Position numbers and translations under genes: made by a program. The notes under the pieces were generated by a model. The model was not told the origin of the DNA. It did not search any database and saw only the letters and a list, made by a program, of their open reading frames with translations. A stretch of 64,000 nt of DNA from a virus: the IMG/VR virus record IMGVR_UViG_3300020471_000623, positions 18,085 through 82,084 of that record, one strand, 5' to 3'. This document shows positions 27,953-36,907 of this stretch, piece after piece (the stretch's first letter is position 1; the number at the start of each line of letters is the position of its first letter).

Positions 27953-28732
27953 ATGGCAAGAGATAAACAAGTTGCAATCATCGGATACGGATTCGTAGGC
28001 AAGGCTACAGAATATCTTTTAGATTATTTTTATCCTGGAACAGAAATACAAATCCATGACCCTGATCAAGGTCATGAGATAGAAGATTGGAATGGTATTG
28101 AATATGCCTTTATTTGTGTTCCAACTAACCTAAAGGGTGATAAATTAGACACATCTATTATAGATAAAGTGTTAAAAGGATTAAGTGAAAGGTCATGTGC
28201 TAATATAGTAACACCTGTAATAAGAAGCACAATAGGTCCTGATCAAGCACTTGATTATTCTCGAAACGGAGCAATAATTATGCCAGAGTTTCTTAGAGAA
28301 CAACATTGGAAAGTAGACGTTGTAGACCCAGACATACCTCTGCTTATAGGATGTGTTAATTGTGATGACTTTATATCTTTCATTATGGATTGTAATTTAA
28401 AAGGTAAGAAAGTTTTTCTTACAGAACCAGCAACAGCAGCTACAATAAAATTATTTAGAAATGCTGCACTAGCAGTTAATGTAGGATTAGCAAATGACAT
28501 TCATGGCGTATGTGATGTTTATGGTTTAGATTATCAAGATGTTAAAAACTTTATGATGAATGATAAAACAATGGGCACACATTGGGAAGTGCCTGGTCCA
28601 GATGGAGAGTTTGGTTTTGGTGGAACTTGTCTACCAAAAGATTTGACTCATGCTTCTGGCCTCGTGTATAATGAGAACAATATTATGAAAACGGCCTTAG
28701 AGGCTAACAAAACTAGGAGAGATGATGAGTAG
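27953..28732 (+). CDS. UDP-glucose/GDP-mannose dehydrogenase family (lacks C-terminal UDP-binding domain)
   Basis: GYGFVG, FICVPT, RST, PEFLRE, GFGGTCLPKD. Confidence 0.85.
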   Translation: MARDKQVAIIGYGFVGKATEYLLDYFYPGTEIQIHDPDQGHEIEDWNGIEYAFICVPTNLKGDKLDTSIIDKVLKGLSERSCANIVTPVIRSTIGPDQALDYSRNGAIIMPEFLREQHWKVDVVDPDIPLLIGCVNCDDFISFIMDCNLKGKKVFLTEPATAATIKLFRNAALAVNVGLANDIHGVCDVYGLDYQDVKNFMMNDKTMGTHWEVPGPDGEFGFGGTCLPKDLTHASGLVYNENNIMKTALEANKTRRDDE

Positions 28733-29795
28733 TTTGATAGATAGAATAAAGAAAAATTCTACAATAAAAGAGTCTGATGTAATTGCAGATTCTAAATTCC
28801 TAAATGATAAGGACTTGATACAGACTTCTGTTCCAGCAGTTAATGTTGCATTGAGTGGTAAACTTGATGGAGGTTTGACTCCTGGACTTACAGTATTTGC
28901 AGGTCCTAGTAAACATTTTAAGACTGCTTTTGCTATGTTATTGGCAAAGGCATATTTAGATAAGTATGAAGATGGAGTTATCCTATTTTATGATAGTGAG
29001 TTTGGTGCTCCACAACAATACTTTGAAACATTTGAAATAGATACAAATAGAGTAATACATAGTCCTATTACAGATATTGAACAACTGAAACATGATAGTA
29101 TGCAGCAGTTGAATAATCTGGAGAGAGGAGATCATGTAATGATTATTGTAGACTCTGTAGGTAACTTGGCATCTAAGAAAGAAGTAGAAGATGCTTTAGA
29201 TGGTAAGAGTGTAGCAGACATGACAAGAGCTAAACAAATGAAGTCCTTGTTTAGAATGATTACACCTCATCTAACAATTAAAGATATTCCTGCTATTGTA
29301 GTGAACCACACATATAAAGAAATAGGATTGTTTCCTAAAGATGTTGTTAGTGGTGGCACAGGCATTTATTATTCAGCAGACAATATCTACATTATAGGTA
29401 GAAGGCAACAAAAGACAGGAACAGAAGTTACAGGTTATGAATTTGTAATTAATGTTGAGAAGTCTAGGTTTGTTAGAGAGAAGTCTAAGATTCCTGTAGA
29501 AGTATCTTGGGAGGCAGGTATTAGTAAATGGTCTGGCTTACTAGATATGGCTATTGAATCTGGACATGTTATAAAACCTAGTAATGGTTGGTATCAGAGA
29601 ATAGATTCAGATACAGGTGAAGCAGTAGAGCCTAAGGTAAGATCTAAAGACTTAGGTAAAGACTTCTGGTTGCCTATATTACAAGACAAAACATTTTCTG
29701 ATTGGATTAGAAATAGATATACTATAGGCGCTGTAGATATGATGGCAGCAGAAGTATCGGACGAAGATATTGAGAAAGAATACGATAAAGTGTGA
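28722..29795 (+). CDS. uvsX: RecA-like recombinase UvsX
   Basis: AGPSKHFKT, FYDSEFG, IVDSVGNLASKKE, VVSGGTG. Confidence 0.96.
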   Translation: MMSSLIDRIKKNSTIKESDVIADSKFLNDKDLIQTSVPAVNVALSGKLDGGLTPGLTVFAGPSKHFKTAFAMLLAKAYLDKYEDGVILFYDSEFGAPQQYFETFEIDTNRVIHSPITDIEQLKHDSMQQLNNLERGDHVMIIVDSVGNLASKKEVEDALDGKSVADMTRAKQMKSLFRMITPHLTIKDIPAIVVNHTYKEIGLFPKDVVSGGTGIYYSADNIYIIGRRQQKTGTEVTGYEFVINVEKSRFVREKSKIPVEVSWEAGISKWSGLLDMAIESGHVIKPSNGWYQRIDSDTGEAVEPKVRSKDLGKDFWLPILQDKTFSDWIRNRYTIGAVDMMAAEVSDEDIEKEYDKV

Positions 29796-29958
29796 TAGGT
29801 GTGGAGACAAACTTAATCTAAAGAAAGATAAAGCATATTGTTTCCATAGTGATGAACAAGAAGTTTATATCTGTATCCCTTGCGTTCGAGAAGTATATAC
29901 TGATTATGTAAAATTTAATGGTGATGGAAAGTTTATCCCAGATGAAGAACCGAATTGA
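29770..29958 (+). CDS. Small zinc-ribbon protein
   Basis: CDRC...CIPC. Confidence 0.55.
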   Translation: MRKNTIKCDRCGDKLNLKKDKAYCFHSDEQEVYICIPCVREVYTDYVKFNGDGKFIPDEEPN

Positions 29959-31318
29959 ACAAGTAATATTAGAAAATTTAATTAAGGATGATGACTTTGT
30001 AAGAAAAGTCATTCCTTTTCTAAAGCCTGAATACTTTATGGCATTTGAAGACAATAAAGTATTTAAAATTATTCATGACTTTGTAGAAAAGTATAACAAT
30101 CCGCCTAGTAAACAGGCAATCGTATTAGCATTGAATGAAGATAAGAGTTTGAACGAAGACACTCATGCTAAATGTATGGAGGTTGTTAATACATTAAATG
30201 GTGATGAAGTAGATAAAGCCTGGTTAGTAGATGAAACAGAAAAGTTCTGTAAAGATAAGGCTTTGTATTTGGGTGTTATGGAAAGTATCCAGATAATAGA
30301 TGGCAAAAAGAAAGACATGTCTACAGATGCTTTGCCCGAGATATTATCTCAGGCATTACAAGTAGGATTTGATACTAATGTAGGACATGATTTTATTGAA
30401 GATGCCGATAAACGTTTTGATTTTTACAACAGACTAGAAGAAAAAGTTCCTTTTGATCTTGAAATGTTTAACAAGATTACAGAAGGTGGATTATCTAACA
30501 AGACATTAAATATAGCTCTGGCGGGCACGGGTGTAGGTAAATCCTTGTTTATGTGTCATATGGCGTCTGCTAATATTGCAGCAGGCAAAAATGTATTATA
30601 CATTACTCTTGAAATGGCAGAAGAAAGAATAGCAGAACGTATTGATGCTAATCTTATGAACTTGCCTATAATGGAACTCAAGGATTTATCTAAACCTATG
30701 TATGAAGACAGAATACAAAAGTTGAAAGATAAGTATGAAGGCAGATTAATTGTTAAGGAATATCCTACAGCATCTGCACATTCAGGACACTTTAAGGCTT
30801 TGATAAATGAATTGAAACTAAAAAGGAATTTCTTTCCTGATATAATTTTTGTAGACTATTTGAATATATGCACAAGTTCTAGATTTAGGCCAGGTAGTAG
30901 TGCTAACTCCTATACAATTATTAAGAGTATTGCAGAAGAGCTTAGGGGCTTAGCAGTAGAACAAGATGTTCCTATATTTAGTGCTACACAAACAACAAGA
31001 GGTGGTTATAATTCTAGTGATGTAGATTTGACAGACACCTCAGAAAGTTTTGGTTTGCCTGCTACAGCAGACTTGATGTTTGCTATTATTAGCACAGAAG
31101 AACTAGAAAACATGGGACAGTTTATGATTAAACAATTAAAGAATAGATATGCTGACCCTACAAGAAACAAAAGATTTATGATTGGTGTTGATAGAGCTAA
31201 AATGAAACTGTTTGATTTAGAACAGTCTGCACAGACAGCACTTACAGACGCCAACATAGACGTTCCGGTATTTGATAGAGGAAAACAGGAAGACAAATAT
31301 GGAGACATTAAATTTTAA
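29918..31318 (+). CDS. gp41: Replicative DNA helicase (T4 gp41; probable start 29942)
   Basis: AGTGVGKS, ITLEMAEE, VDYLN, SATQ, SESFGLPATAD, QLKNRY. Confidence 0.97.
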   Translation: MVMESLSQMKNRIEQVILENLIKDDDFVRKVIPFLKPEYFMAFEDNKVFKIIHDFVEKYNNPPSKQAIVLALNEDKSLNEDTHAKCMEVVNTLNGDEVDKAWLVDETEKFCKDKALYLGVMESIQIIDGKKKDMSTDALPEILSQALQVGFDTNVGHDFIEDADKRFDFYNRLEEKVPFDLEMFNKITEGGLSNKTLNIALAGTGVGKSLFMCHMASANIAAGKNVLYITLEMAEERIAERIDANLMNLPIMELKDLSKPMYEDRIQKLKDKYEGRLIVKEYPTASAHSGHFKALINELKLKRNFFPDIIFVDYLNICTSSRFRPGSSANSYTIIKSIAEELRGLAVEQDVPIFSATQTTRGGYNSSDVDLTDTSESFGLPATADLMFAIISTEELENMGQFMIKQLKNRYADPTRNKRFMIGVDRAKMKLFDLEQSAQTALTDANIDVPVFDRGKQEDKYGDIKF

Positions 31319-32033
31319 TGATATCGAATGGGAAGTATTGGACACACCAATCGCGAAAAGATATTCTAAGTTTCTAAAAGATAGAGAAGACACAAAACAA
31401 TTCTTCTATATGGGAGAAACAAAAACACAAATTAAAGACGAAATAGAAAAGATAGCATACATGAAAGGTGCTCCTACTATGGACTTGAATGATCTACATG
31501 AATATTTCGCAGATCATGAGGACGATGAGGACTTACAAAGACTAAATCATCTTATTCATTATTATGAATTGATAGATAATAATTATCCTCCTCGATGGGG
31601 TTTTGAACCTACAGCAGATTATATTGGATTGCTTGAAGAAGACTTTGATCAGTTTACATTAACAAGACAATATGGTTATTTGTATATAGGTTATCCTCAT
31701 GTAGGCAAACATTTTGCCGAGATAGTATTTTCTAATGATGTAGATATTAAAGAAGAACAATATCATCCTCAGGAAATATGTAGAACAAATTTTTTCTGTT
31801 GGCTAGGTAAAGAGATTTCTAGTCCACCTGTAACGTTTTGGAATAAAGCACAAAAGGTTCATAAACAGGTAAAAGATAGATTAAATTTGCCTGAAATGGA
31901 TGATCCTGCATTGCGCATGGGCTATATTCCGTTTGCCAAGTTAAAGACTCGTATAAATAGTAATGAACTTGTTAGTCACCTATTGAAAGTGAAACAAAGT
32001 TCTACTAATTATACGGAGTTATTTAATGGCTGA
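31299..32033 (+). CDS. Hypothetical protein
   Basis: Long ORF; LNHLIHYYE and LYIGYPHVGK; no function recognised. Confidence 0.75.
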   Translation: METLNFNDIEWEVLDTPIAKRYSKFLKDREDTKQFFYMGETKTQIKDEIEKIAYMKGAPTMDLNDLHEYFADHEDDEDLQRLNHLIHYYELIDNNYPPRWGFEPTADYIGLLEEDFDQFTLTRQYGYLYIGYPHVGKHFAEIVFSNDVDIKEEQYHPQEICRTNFFCWLGKEISSPPVTFWNKAQKVHKQVKDRLNLPEMDDPALRMGYIPFAKLKTRINSNELVSHLLKVKQSSTNYTELFNG

Positions 32034-32382
32034 AGGTAAAAGAGAAAATTTTGTTGAAATCAGTTTAGATGAATACGAAGAACTCAAAGCACAAATACCA
32101 GACCCAGACGAAGAAAAACCTTCTGGTAAACCTTGGTGGCAAGCACCAGATGAAAGAGGTTGGATTTGGGTAGCACCTGAGTATTTTAGCAGATGGAGAT
32201 TATTTCCACGTGCTTTTATATCCATGTATATCTACTTGTTATTTGAAGTAACAATGTGGTTCATGGCTTTACCAGACCCTAATTCACAACAAGCAGGACT
32301 TGTTTCTGTTATTGTAGGGGCTGGAGCTGCTTGGTTCGGACTATATGTAAACAGCACATCAACAGACTTTAAGAAAGATTAA
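32026..32382 (+). CDS. Two-TM membrane protein (holin-like candidate)
   Basis: WRLFPR, two TM helices, WFGLY; late promoter TATAAATA at 31952-31959. Confidence 0.65.
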   Translation: MAEGKRENFVEISLDEYEELKAQIPDPDEEKPSGKPWWQAPDERGWIWVAPEYFSRWRLFPRAFISMYIYLLFEVTMWFMALPDPNSQQAGLVSVIVGAGAAWFGLYVNSTSTDFKKD

Positions 32383-32383
32383 C

Positions 32384-32797
32384 ATGCCTACAATAGAATT
32401 AAGCACATACTATGTTGAGTTCATAGGGTTTTTACTTACCTTGATGTTAGGTCTAGGTTTGAAAGACTGGGCTGGTTCTTTCATAAAGGGTATGAAATTC
32501 AGAATAAATCCTGCCTTTAAAGAAGGAGACAAAGTATTATTAGATGGTTGTCCAGCACTAATAGTTAAGATAGGATATTCAGAAACAGTATTTGGAGTAT
32601 ATGGAAAAGATGGTTACACCTGGAGATATGTCCCTAATACTAGAATAGAGTATTTGAAACTAGAGAAGATTGTTGACCCTGAACTACATAGGGACACAGA
32701 TCAAGAAAAAGCACAAAGAATAATAGACGCAATACAAGACGCTAATATTGAGGCCAACCAACAGGAGATAACAAAAATAAAAAATGGAGACAAGTGA
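32384..32797 (+). CDS. MscS-like membrane protein (truncated beta domain)
   Basis: TM segment, FKEGDKV.LDG, VPN. Confidence 0.6.
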   Translation: MPTIELSTYYVEFIGFLLTLMLGLGLKDWAGSFIKGMKFRINPAFKEGDKVLLDGCPALIVKIGYSETVFGVYGKDGYTWRYVPNTRIEYLKLEKIVDPELHRDTDQEKAQRIIDAIQDANIEANQQEITKIKNGDK

Positions 32798-33030
32798 TGC
32801 CGGCAAAATTCAAACCAAGCCACAAAGAGTCTATAAAAGGAGCTGATGGACGCCCAACCAAACGTTGGAGAATGAAACATTACTACCTTAAACAGACACC
32901 TACAGACGAGATAATCGAAGCTATAAACAAGGGTAAACCTAAACACAGAAACAAATTTATCAATGAATTGACCCGTAGAGGGGTAAAATTAGTGTGGAAA
33001 ACCGAGGAAGAACTGGCTTTAGACACCTAA
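32794..33030 (+). CDS. Small basic hypothetical protein
   Basis: Coupled ORF after SD GGAG; HYY, NELTRRG. Confidence 0.65.
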   Translation: MMPAKFKPSHKESIKGADGRPTKRWRMKHYYLKQTPTDEIIEAINKGKPKHRNKFINELTRRGVKLVWKTEEELALDT

Positions 33031-33069
33031 CTTACTGTTATTAAACACAAAAAGATTTCAAAAAAAGGG

Positions 33070-33098
33070 TTGACAATTGGTTCACCAGAGTGCATAAT
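33070..33098 (+). promoter_or_regulatory. Early sigma70-type promoter
   Basis: A tract then TTGACA-attggttcaccagagtg-CATAAT. Confidence 0.88.
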
Positions 33099-33130
33099 AA
33101 CGGTATATTTAGTAAAAAGGTAAAGAAAAT

Positions 33131-33517
33131 ATGAAAACATGGGAACAACTAACAGAGAGAGAACAGTTACTAACTTATATCTCTGATGTCCACAAGGACG
33201 CATATGGCTTTAGGCCACGTGGTTCTTACGACAACTATTCTGTAGTTGAGCTCAAGGCTGAGTTAGACAGACTTTGTGAGATTGCTGAAGAAGAATACAA
33301 ACAGCAGCAAGCTCTTGAAGCCGAGAACTACAAGGCTCTTCATAAGCACTTTGCAGATTTAGTGAATATGGGGGCTAAAGACTTCAAACAGGCTCTTGCT
33401 TGGGACGTTCAAGCTGAAGAATGTGAGTATGAAGGCTATGTTGATTATGGCTTTTATTGCTACAAAAAAGGCTTGGCTTATGGCAAGCAGAGAGTTCTAG
33501 AAAGATTAGCAAGTTAA
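33131..33517 (+). CDS. Hypothetical early protein
   Basis: YISDVHKDAYGFRPR motif recalled from phage early genes; follows a strong promoter. Confidence 0.8.
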   Translation: MKTWEQLTEREQLLTYISDVHKDAYGFRPRGSYDNYSVVELKAELDRLCEIAEEEYKQQQALEAENYKALHKHFADLVNMGAKDFKQALAWDVQAEECEYEGYVDYGFYCYKKGLAYGKQRVLERLAS

Positions 33518-33541
33518 TTGCGCTTTTGGTCCTATTGAGTG

Positions 33542-33570
33542 TTGACTCTTGGTTTACAAGAGTCTATAAT
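33542..33570 (+). promoter_or_regulatory. Sigma70-type promoter with palindromic operator-like spacer
   Basis: TTGACT-17 nt-TATAAT; perfect inverted repeat GACTCTTG-N5-CAAGAGTC. Confidence 0.85.
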
Positions 33571-33599
33571 GTGATAGTAAATATAGAAATGGAGATGTT

Positions 33600-33968
33600 A
33601 TGTCAGAGCAACTATTCAAATATGCAGGCTATTCAGTAACAGAGTCAGGCCAGACTAAGGCTAGATTCGGTAATGATATGGTCTCGCGCATAAAAAAACT
33701 TACGGCAAATTCTAATACAAACACTTGGTTTGCAGAACTGCCGGAAGCTATGACCAAGAAGGATGCGTGTAATTACTTACTACAAAACAACGAGGAAATT
33801 GCCTCGAATTTTGAAGTAAAAGATGCGCTACAGAAGGTCGTATATCGTAATGCACCTCGTGTAACGAGAACGGTTAATTTAGGAAACCCTACGGTTTCTT
33901 CAACAACCGTTGTCAACGAGAGTGTGAATTCAACCAATGAAATGGGAGGCCAAGATGGCAACAACTAG
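33600..33968 (+). CDS. Hypothetical early protein
   Basis: KARFGND, ELPEAMTK; SD GGAG. Confidence 0.75.
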   Translation: MSEQLFKYAGYSVTESGQTKARFGNDMVSRIKKLTANSNTNTWFAELPEAMTKKDACNYLLQNNEEIASNFEVKDALQKVVYRNAPRVTRTVNLGNPTVSSTTVVNESVNSTNEMGGQDGNN

Positions 33969-34206
33969 AGTAACTCAGGAACAAAAAGTTCTTAACTTTT
34001 TGAATACCGGTGCTTCATTAAGCAATGCTGTGGCAACACACAAGCTTAAAGTAAATAGACTTCCTGCTAAGATTAATGTTCTTAGAGGTAAAGGATATCC
34101 TATTTACACAAACACTAACCAACAAGGTAATGCTACCTACAGGTTAGGAACTCCTAGCAGAGCAATGATCTCAGCAGCTTTTGCAGCTGGTGTATCTTTT
34201 AGCTAA
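33955..34206 (+). CDS. Winged helix-turn-helix protein
   Basis: TQEQKVLNFL..G, LPAKINVLRGKGYPI, YRLGTP; SD GGAGG. Confidence 0.75.
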   Translation: MATTRVTQEQKVLNFLNTGASLSNAVATHKLKVNRLPAKINVLRGKGYPIYTNTNQQGNATYRLGTPSRAMISAAFAAGVSFS

Positions 34207-34216
34207 ACTGCTAGTC

Positions 34217-34268
34217 AACCAAGGGATATTGCTATCATAAGAACCATATCCCTTGGTTTATTTTTATA
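34217..34268 (+). terminator. Rho-independent terminator with a long stem
   Basis: 13-bp perfect stem AACCAAGGGATAT/ATATCCCTTGGTT, 16-nt loop, T-rich tail. Confidence 0.75.
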
Positions 34269-34302
34269 TACATATAAATAAAAGAACAAACACAGGAACA
34301 CA

Positions 34303-34545
34303 ATGACCAATCCATTAGGTAAAGAATTACTAGAAGCCCTGGAGGCCAAATATAGGGGCGACATAGCTACAGCGGTAGCCAACATAAGAGTTTACATAGA
34401 AAATCCAGCTGGAATAGGCGAACACCCAGACGTAGTTCAAGCAATGGATACACAGATAGAGATTATAGCATCAGCACAAGAAAAATTAGATATCTTATTA
34501 AGTAGAAGATATAATTTTAGCGGAGCGAGGACTCCCGTTGAATAA
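34303..34545 (+). CDS. Hypothetical T4-like protein
   Basis: YIENPAGIGEHPDV; late promoter TATAAATA at 34273-34280. Confidence 0.8.
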   Translation: MTNPLGKELLEALEAKYRGDIATAVANIRVYIENPAGIGEHPDVVQAMDTQIEIIASAQEKLDILLSRRYNFSGARTPVE

Positions 34546-34759
34546 GGTGACTTGCTTTGGAGACGAATTTATAGGCGCAGAAGTATCTCAGACAGGAGAT
34601 AATATGCACACGGTTAATTATATAAGAGAAGGTGAGATAATCTTTTCTAATTATGTTTTTAATGATAACTTGGAATCAGGGAGACTTGATTCTATTGAAA
34701 TGGCAACTAAATTTGTTGAGAGTGAGAAACTAAAGAATGGCAAACAATGTTTACAGTAA
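34538..34759 (+). CDS. Hypothetical protein
   Basis: TTG start after GAGG; fills the gap between neighbours. Confidence 0.5.
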   Translation: MNKVTCFGDEFIGAEVSQTGDNMHTVNYIREGEIIFSNYVFNDNLESGRLDSIEMATKFVESEKLKNGKQCLQ

Positions 34760-35234
34760 AATAATATTACAAGATGCTAATATAGATGCTGAAAAAGCTT
34801 TTGTAGAAGTATTTAATTATTTAGAAGACAACGGTGAAAAAGGTCTAGAATATTCTCATATTCTTCCTGAAACAGAAATAATGGACAACTCATATTATGA
34901 TGAGAACATTGGTCCTAGATTTGCAAACATCACAAAGTATATGGGAACAGAAGTAGAAATAACTTCTGGTTGGATGTCGCCTCACATATTTTTTGAAATA
35001 CTAGGAGAACATCTATCCTCATATGACCCTGATGTAAAACTAACTATGCAATATATAGATGAATATTATGTATTTGCAGGAGTTTATACATGGTTTGATG
35101 GTATGGAACAAAAAGAAGAATCAGGTGGTTGGTTTAGAGAACAACACGAAGAGATAGGAGGCAATCCTAGTGACTTGCCAGATTTTATATATGACACAAT
35201 AGATGAATGGGTAGAAGATGAAATTAGATTATAA
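34737..35234 (+). CDS. Hypothetical acidic protein
   Basis: MANNV.S...SGW.SP..YIDE pattern; function unknown. Confidence 0.7.
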   Translation: MANNVYSKIILQDANIDAEKAFVEVFNYLEDNGEKGLEYSHILPETEIMDNSYYDENIGPRFANITKYMGTEVEITSGWMSPHIFFEILGEHLSSYDPDVKLTMQYIDEYYVFAGVYTWFDGMEQKEESGGWFREQHEEIGGNPSDLPDFIYDTIDEWVEDEIRL

Positions 35235-35658
35235 AGACGTAGGTAAAATAGGTATAACTTGTTCTACATTTGATTTACTACATGCAGGACATGTTGTAAT
35301 GTTAGAAGAAGCTAAACGTCATTGTGATTATCTAATAGCAGCCCTACAAGTAGACCCTACACAAGACAGAAAAGAAAAGAACAAACCTATACAAAGTGTC
35401 GTAGAAAGACAAATACAACTAGCAGCAGTTAGATTTGTAGATGAGATTGTAGTATATAACACAGAAAAAGAATTAGATGATATATTTTTAACCTTGCCTA
35501 TTAATGTTAGGATTATAGGAGAAGAATATAAGGACAAAGATTTTACGGCAAAGAAAATTTGCTATAAAAGAAAGATAGAGATAATCTATAACAAGCGAGA
35601 TCATTCTTTCAGTAGCACTGATCTTAAAAAACGAACTAAAATTATGGAGATAAAATGA
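35218..35658 (+). CDS. tagD: Glycerol-3-phosphate cytidylyltransferase-like protein
   Basis: FDLLHAGH, ER..L.AVRFVDE, RDHSFSST. Confidence 0.88.
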   Translation: MKLDYKDVGKIGITCSTFDLLHAGHVVMLEEAKRHCDYLIAALQVDPTQDRKEKNKPIQSVVERQIQLAAVRFVDEIVVYNTEKELDDIFLTLPINVRIIGEEYKDKDFTAKKICYKRKIEIIYNKRDHSFSSTDLKKRTKIMEIK

Positions 35659-35849
35659 AAACAAATGCAGTTCAAAGAATAGTAAATTGTCTAAAGGCAG
35701 AGAAGAAAGCATTACATGGTGAATTCAAAGCCTATTGGAAAAAGACTGCTCAGGACATCGCTACAAAAAACAATATAGATATAGCAGATGTAAAAGAAAA
35801 CTTGGAGCTTTATGATGCAAGAAATTATCAAAGTGGTAGCTACCACTAA
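35655..35849 (+). CDS. Hypothetical protein
   Basis: Coupled ORF after SD GGAG. Confidence 0.6.
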   Translation: MKTNAVQRIVNCLKAEKKALHGEFKAYWKKTAQDIATKNNIDIADVKENLELYDARNYQSGSYH

Positions 35850-36147
35850 CATTTGGCAGAACTTCGGCGAAGTAAAAGAATATCCTATGTGGAGATCACA
35901 AGGAAGCGCTGAATATATTATAGGCTATTGCAAAGAGTTACCTTCTCATACTGAAGTAGGAGAAATGATTACAAAACTACAACATATATTAGAAGGCAAA
36001 GTAACAGACAATGTAATAGAAATATTCTCAGGTTATGAGATATATGAAAAAGACAAACTAACACATAATGAATATTTCCAACTTAATCAAGGAGGGTCAA
36101 TTGACTTCCCAGCAGAAGACATCACGAAAATCAAAGTCGAAGAATAG
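35812..36147 (+). CDS. Hypothetical protein
   Basis: ORF after SD GGAG; QNFG...WRSQGSAEY. Confidence 0.65.
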   Translation: MMQEIIKVVATTNIWQNFGEVKEYPMWRSQGSAEYIIGYCKELPSHTEVGEMITKLQHILEGKVTDNVIEIFSGYEIYEKDKLTHNEYFQLNQGGSIDFPAEDITKIKVEE

Positions 36148-36898
36148 ATTTACTGTAGGCTTCACATACTTTGATGAGCCACATATACTCAAACAACAAT
36201 TTGAGATATGGAAAATGTGGCCTAAAGATGTTGAAATTATATTAGTTGATGATGGGAGTGAACATTCACCTGCCAAAGATGTTATTGAAGAGGCAGGATT
36301 CAAGATGGAAGATTGGAATGCAGACTTTAGATTATTTAGAGTCACAAGGAATTTAGGATTCAATTCACATGGTTGTAGAAATCTAATAGCAAAATATGCT
36401 GAGACAGATACTATTGCCTTTTTGGATATGGATTGTAGAATACATGAAGGAGACATTGCACTCTTAAAACAAATGATATTCAATCCTGAAAAGATATATT
36501 TACATAGACTGTATATGTATCAAGATCAAAAGTTATCTACTGCTCCAGGGCATAGAAACTGTTTTATAATTAACAAAGAACTATATTGGGCTGCTGGTGG
36601 TTATGATGAGTCCTTCACAGGATATCATTATGGCGATTGGGAGTTTCATGAAAGAGTAGAAAAACTACAGGAGGAAAGAGGGACTTCTCCTACATGGGAA
36701 ACGACTGGCATCACGGTTACCTGCACAAGAAAAGGCAGACATGGCTCTGTTAGACACGATGAGAATCTAACATTAGGTAGAACTACACATTATATTGATG
36801 ATGAGTTATTCTATACAGATAAAACAGAGGGTCAAGTTAAAAAATTACGAGGAACCAAGAAGCAAGTTATAGACTTTCCATTTATTGAAGTCTTATAA
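36068..36898 (+). CDS. GT2-family (GT-A) glycosyltransferase
   Basis: IILVDDGS, CRN, FLDMD, AGGYDESF.GY..GD. Confidence 0.85.
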   Translation: MNISNLIKEGQLTSQQKTSRKSKSKNRFTVGFTYFDEPHILKQQFEIWKMWPKDVEIILVDDGSEHSPAKDVIEEAGFKMEDWNADFRLFRVTRNLGFNSHGCRNLIAKYAETDTIAFLDMDCRIHEGDIALLKQMIFNPEKIYLHRLYMYQDQKLSTAPGHRNCFIINKELYWAAGGYDESFTGYHYGDWEFHERVEKLQEERGTSPTWETTGITVTCTRKGRHGSVRHDENLTLGRTTHYIDDELFYTDKTEGQVKKLRGTKKQVIDFPFIEVL

Positions 36899-36901
36899 AT
36901 A
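36894..36901 (+). promoter_or_regulatory. T4-type late promoter (probably leaderless transcript)
   Basis: TATAAATA, ATG 6 nt downstream, no SD. Confidence 0.7.
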
Positions 36902-36907
36902 CTGCTT

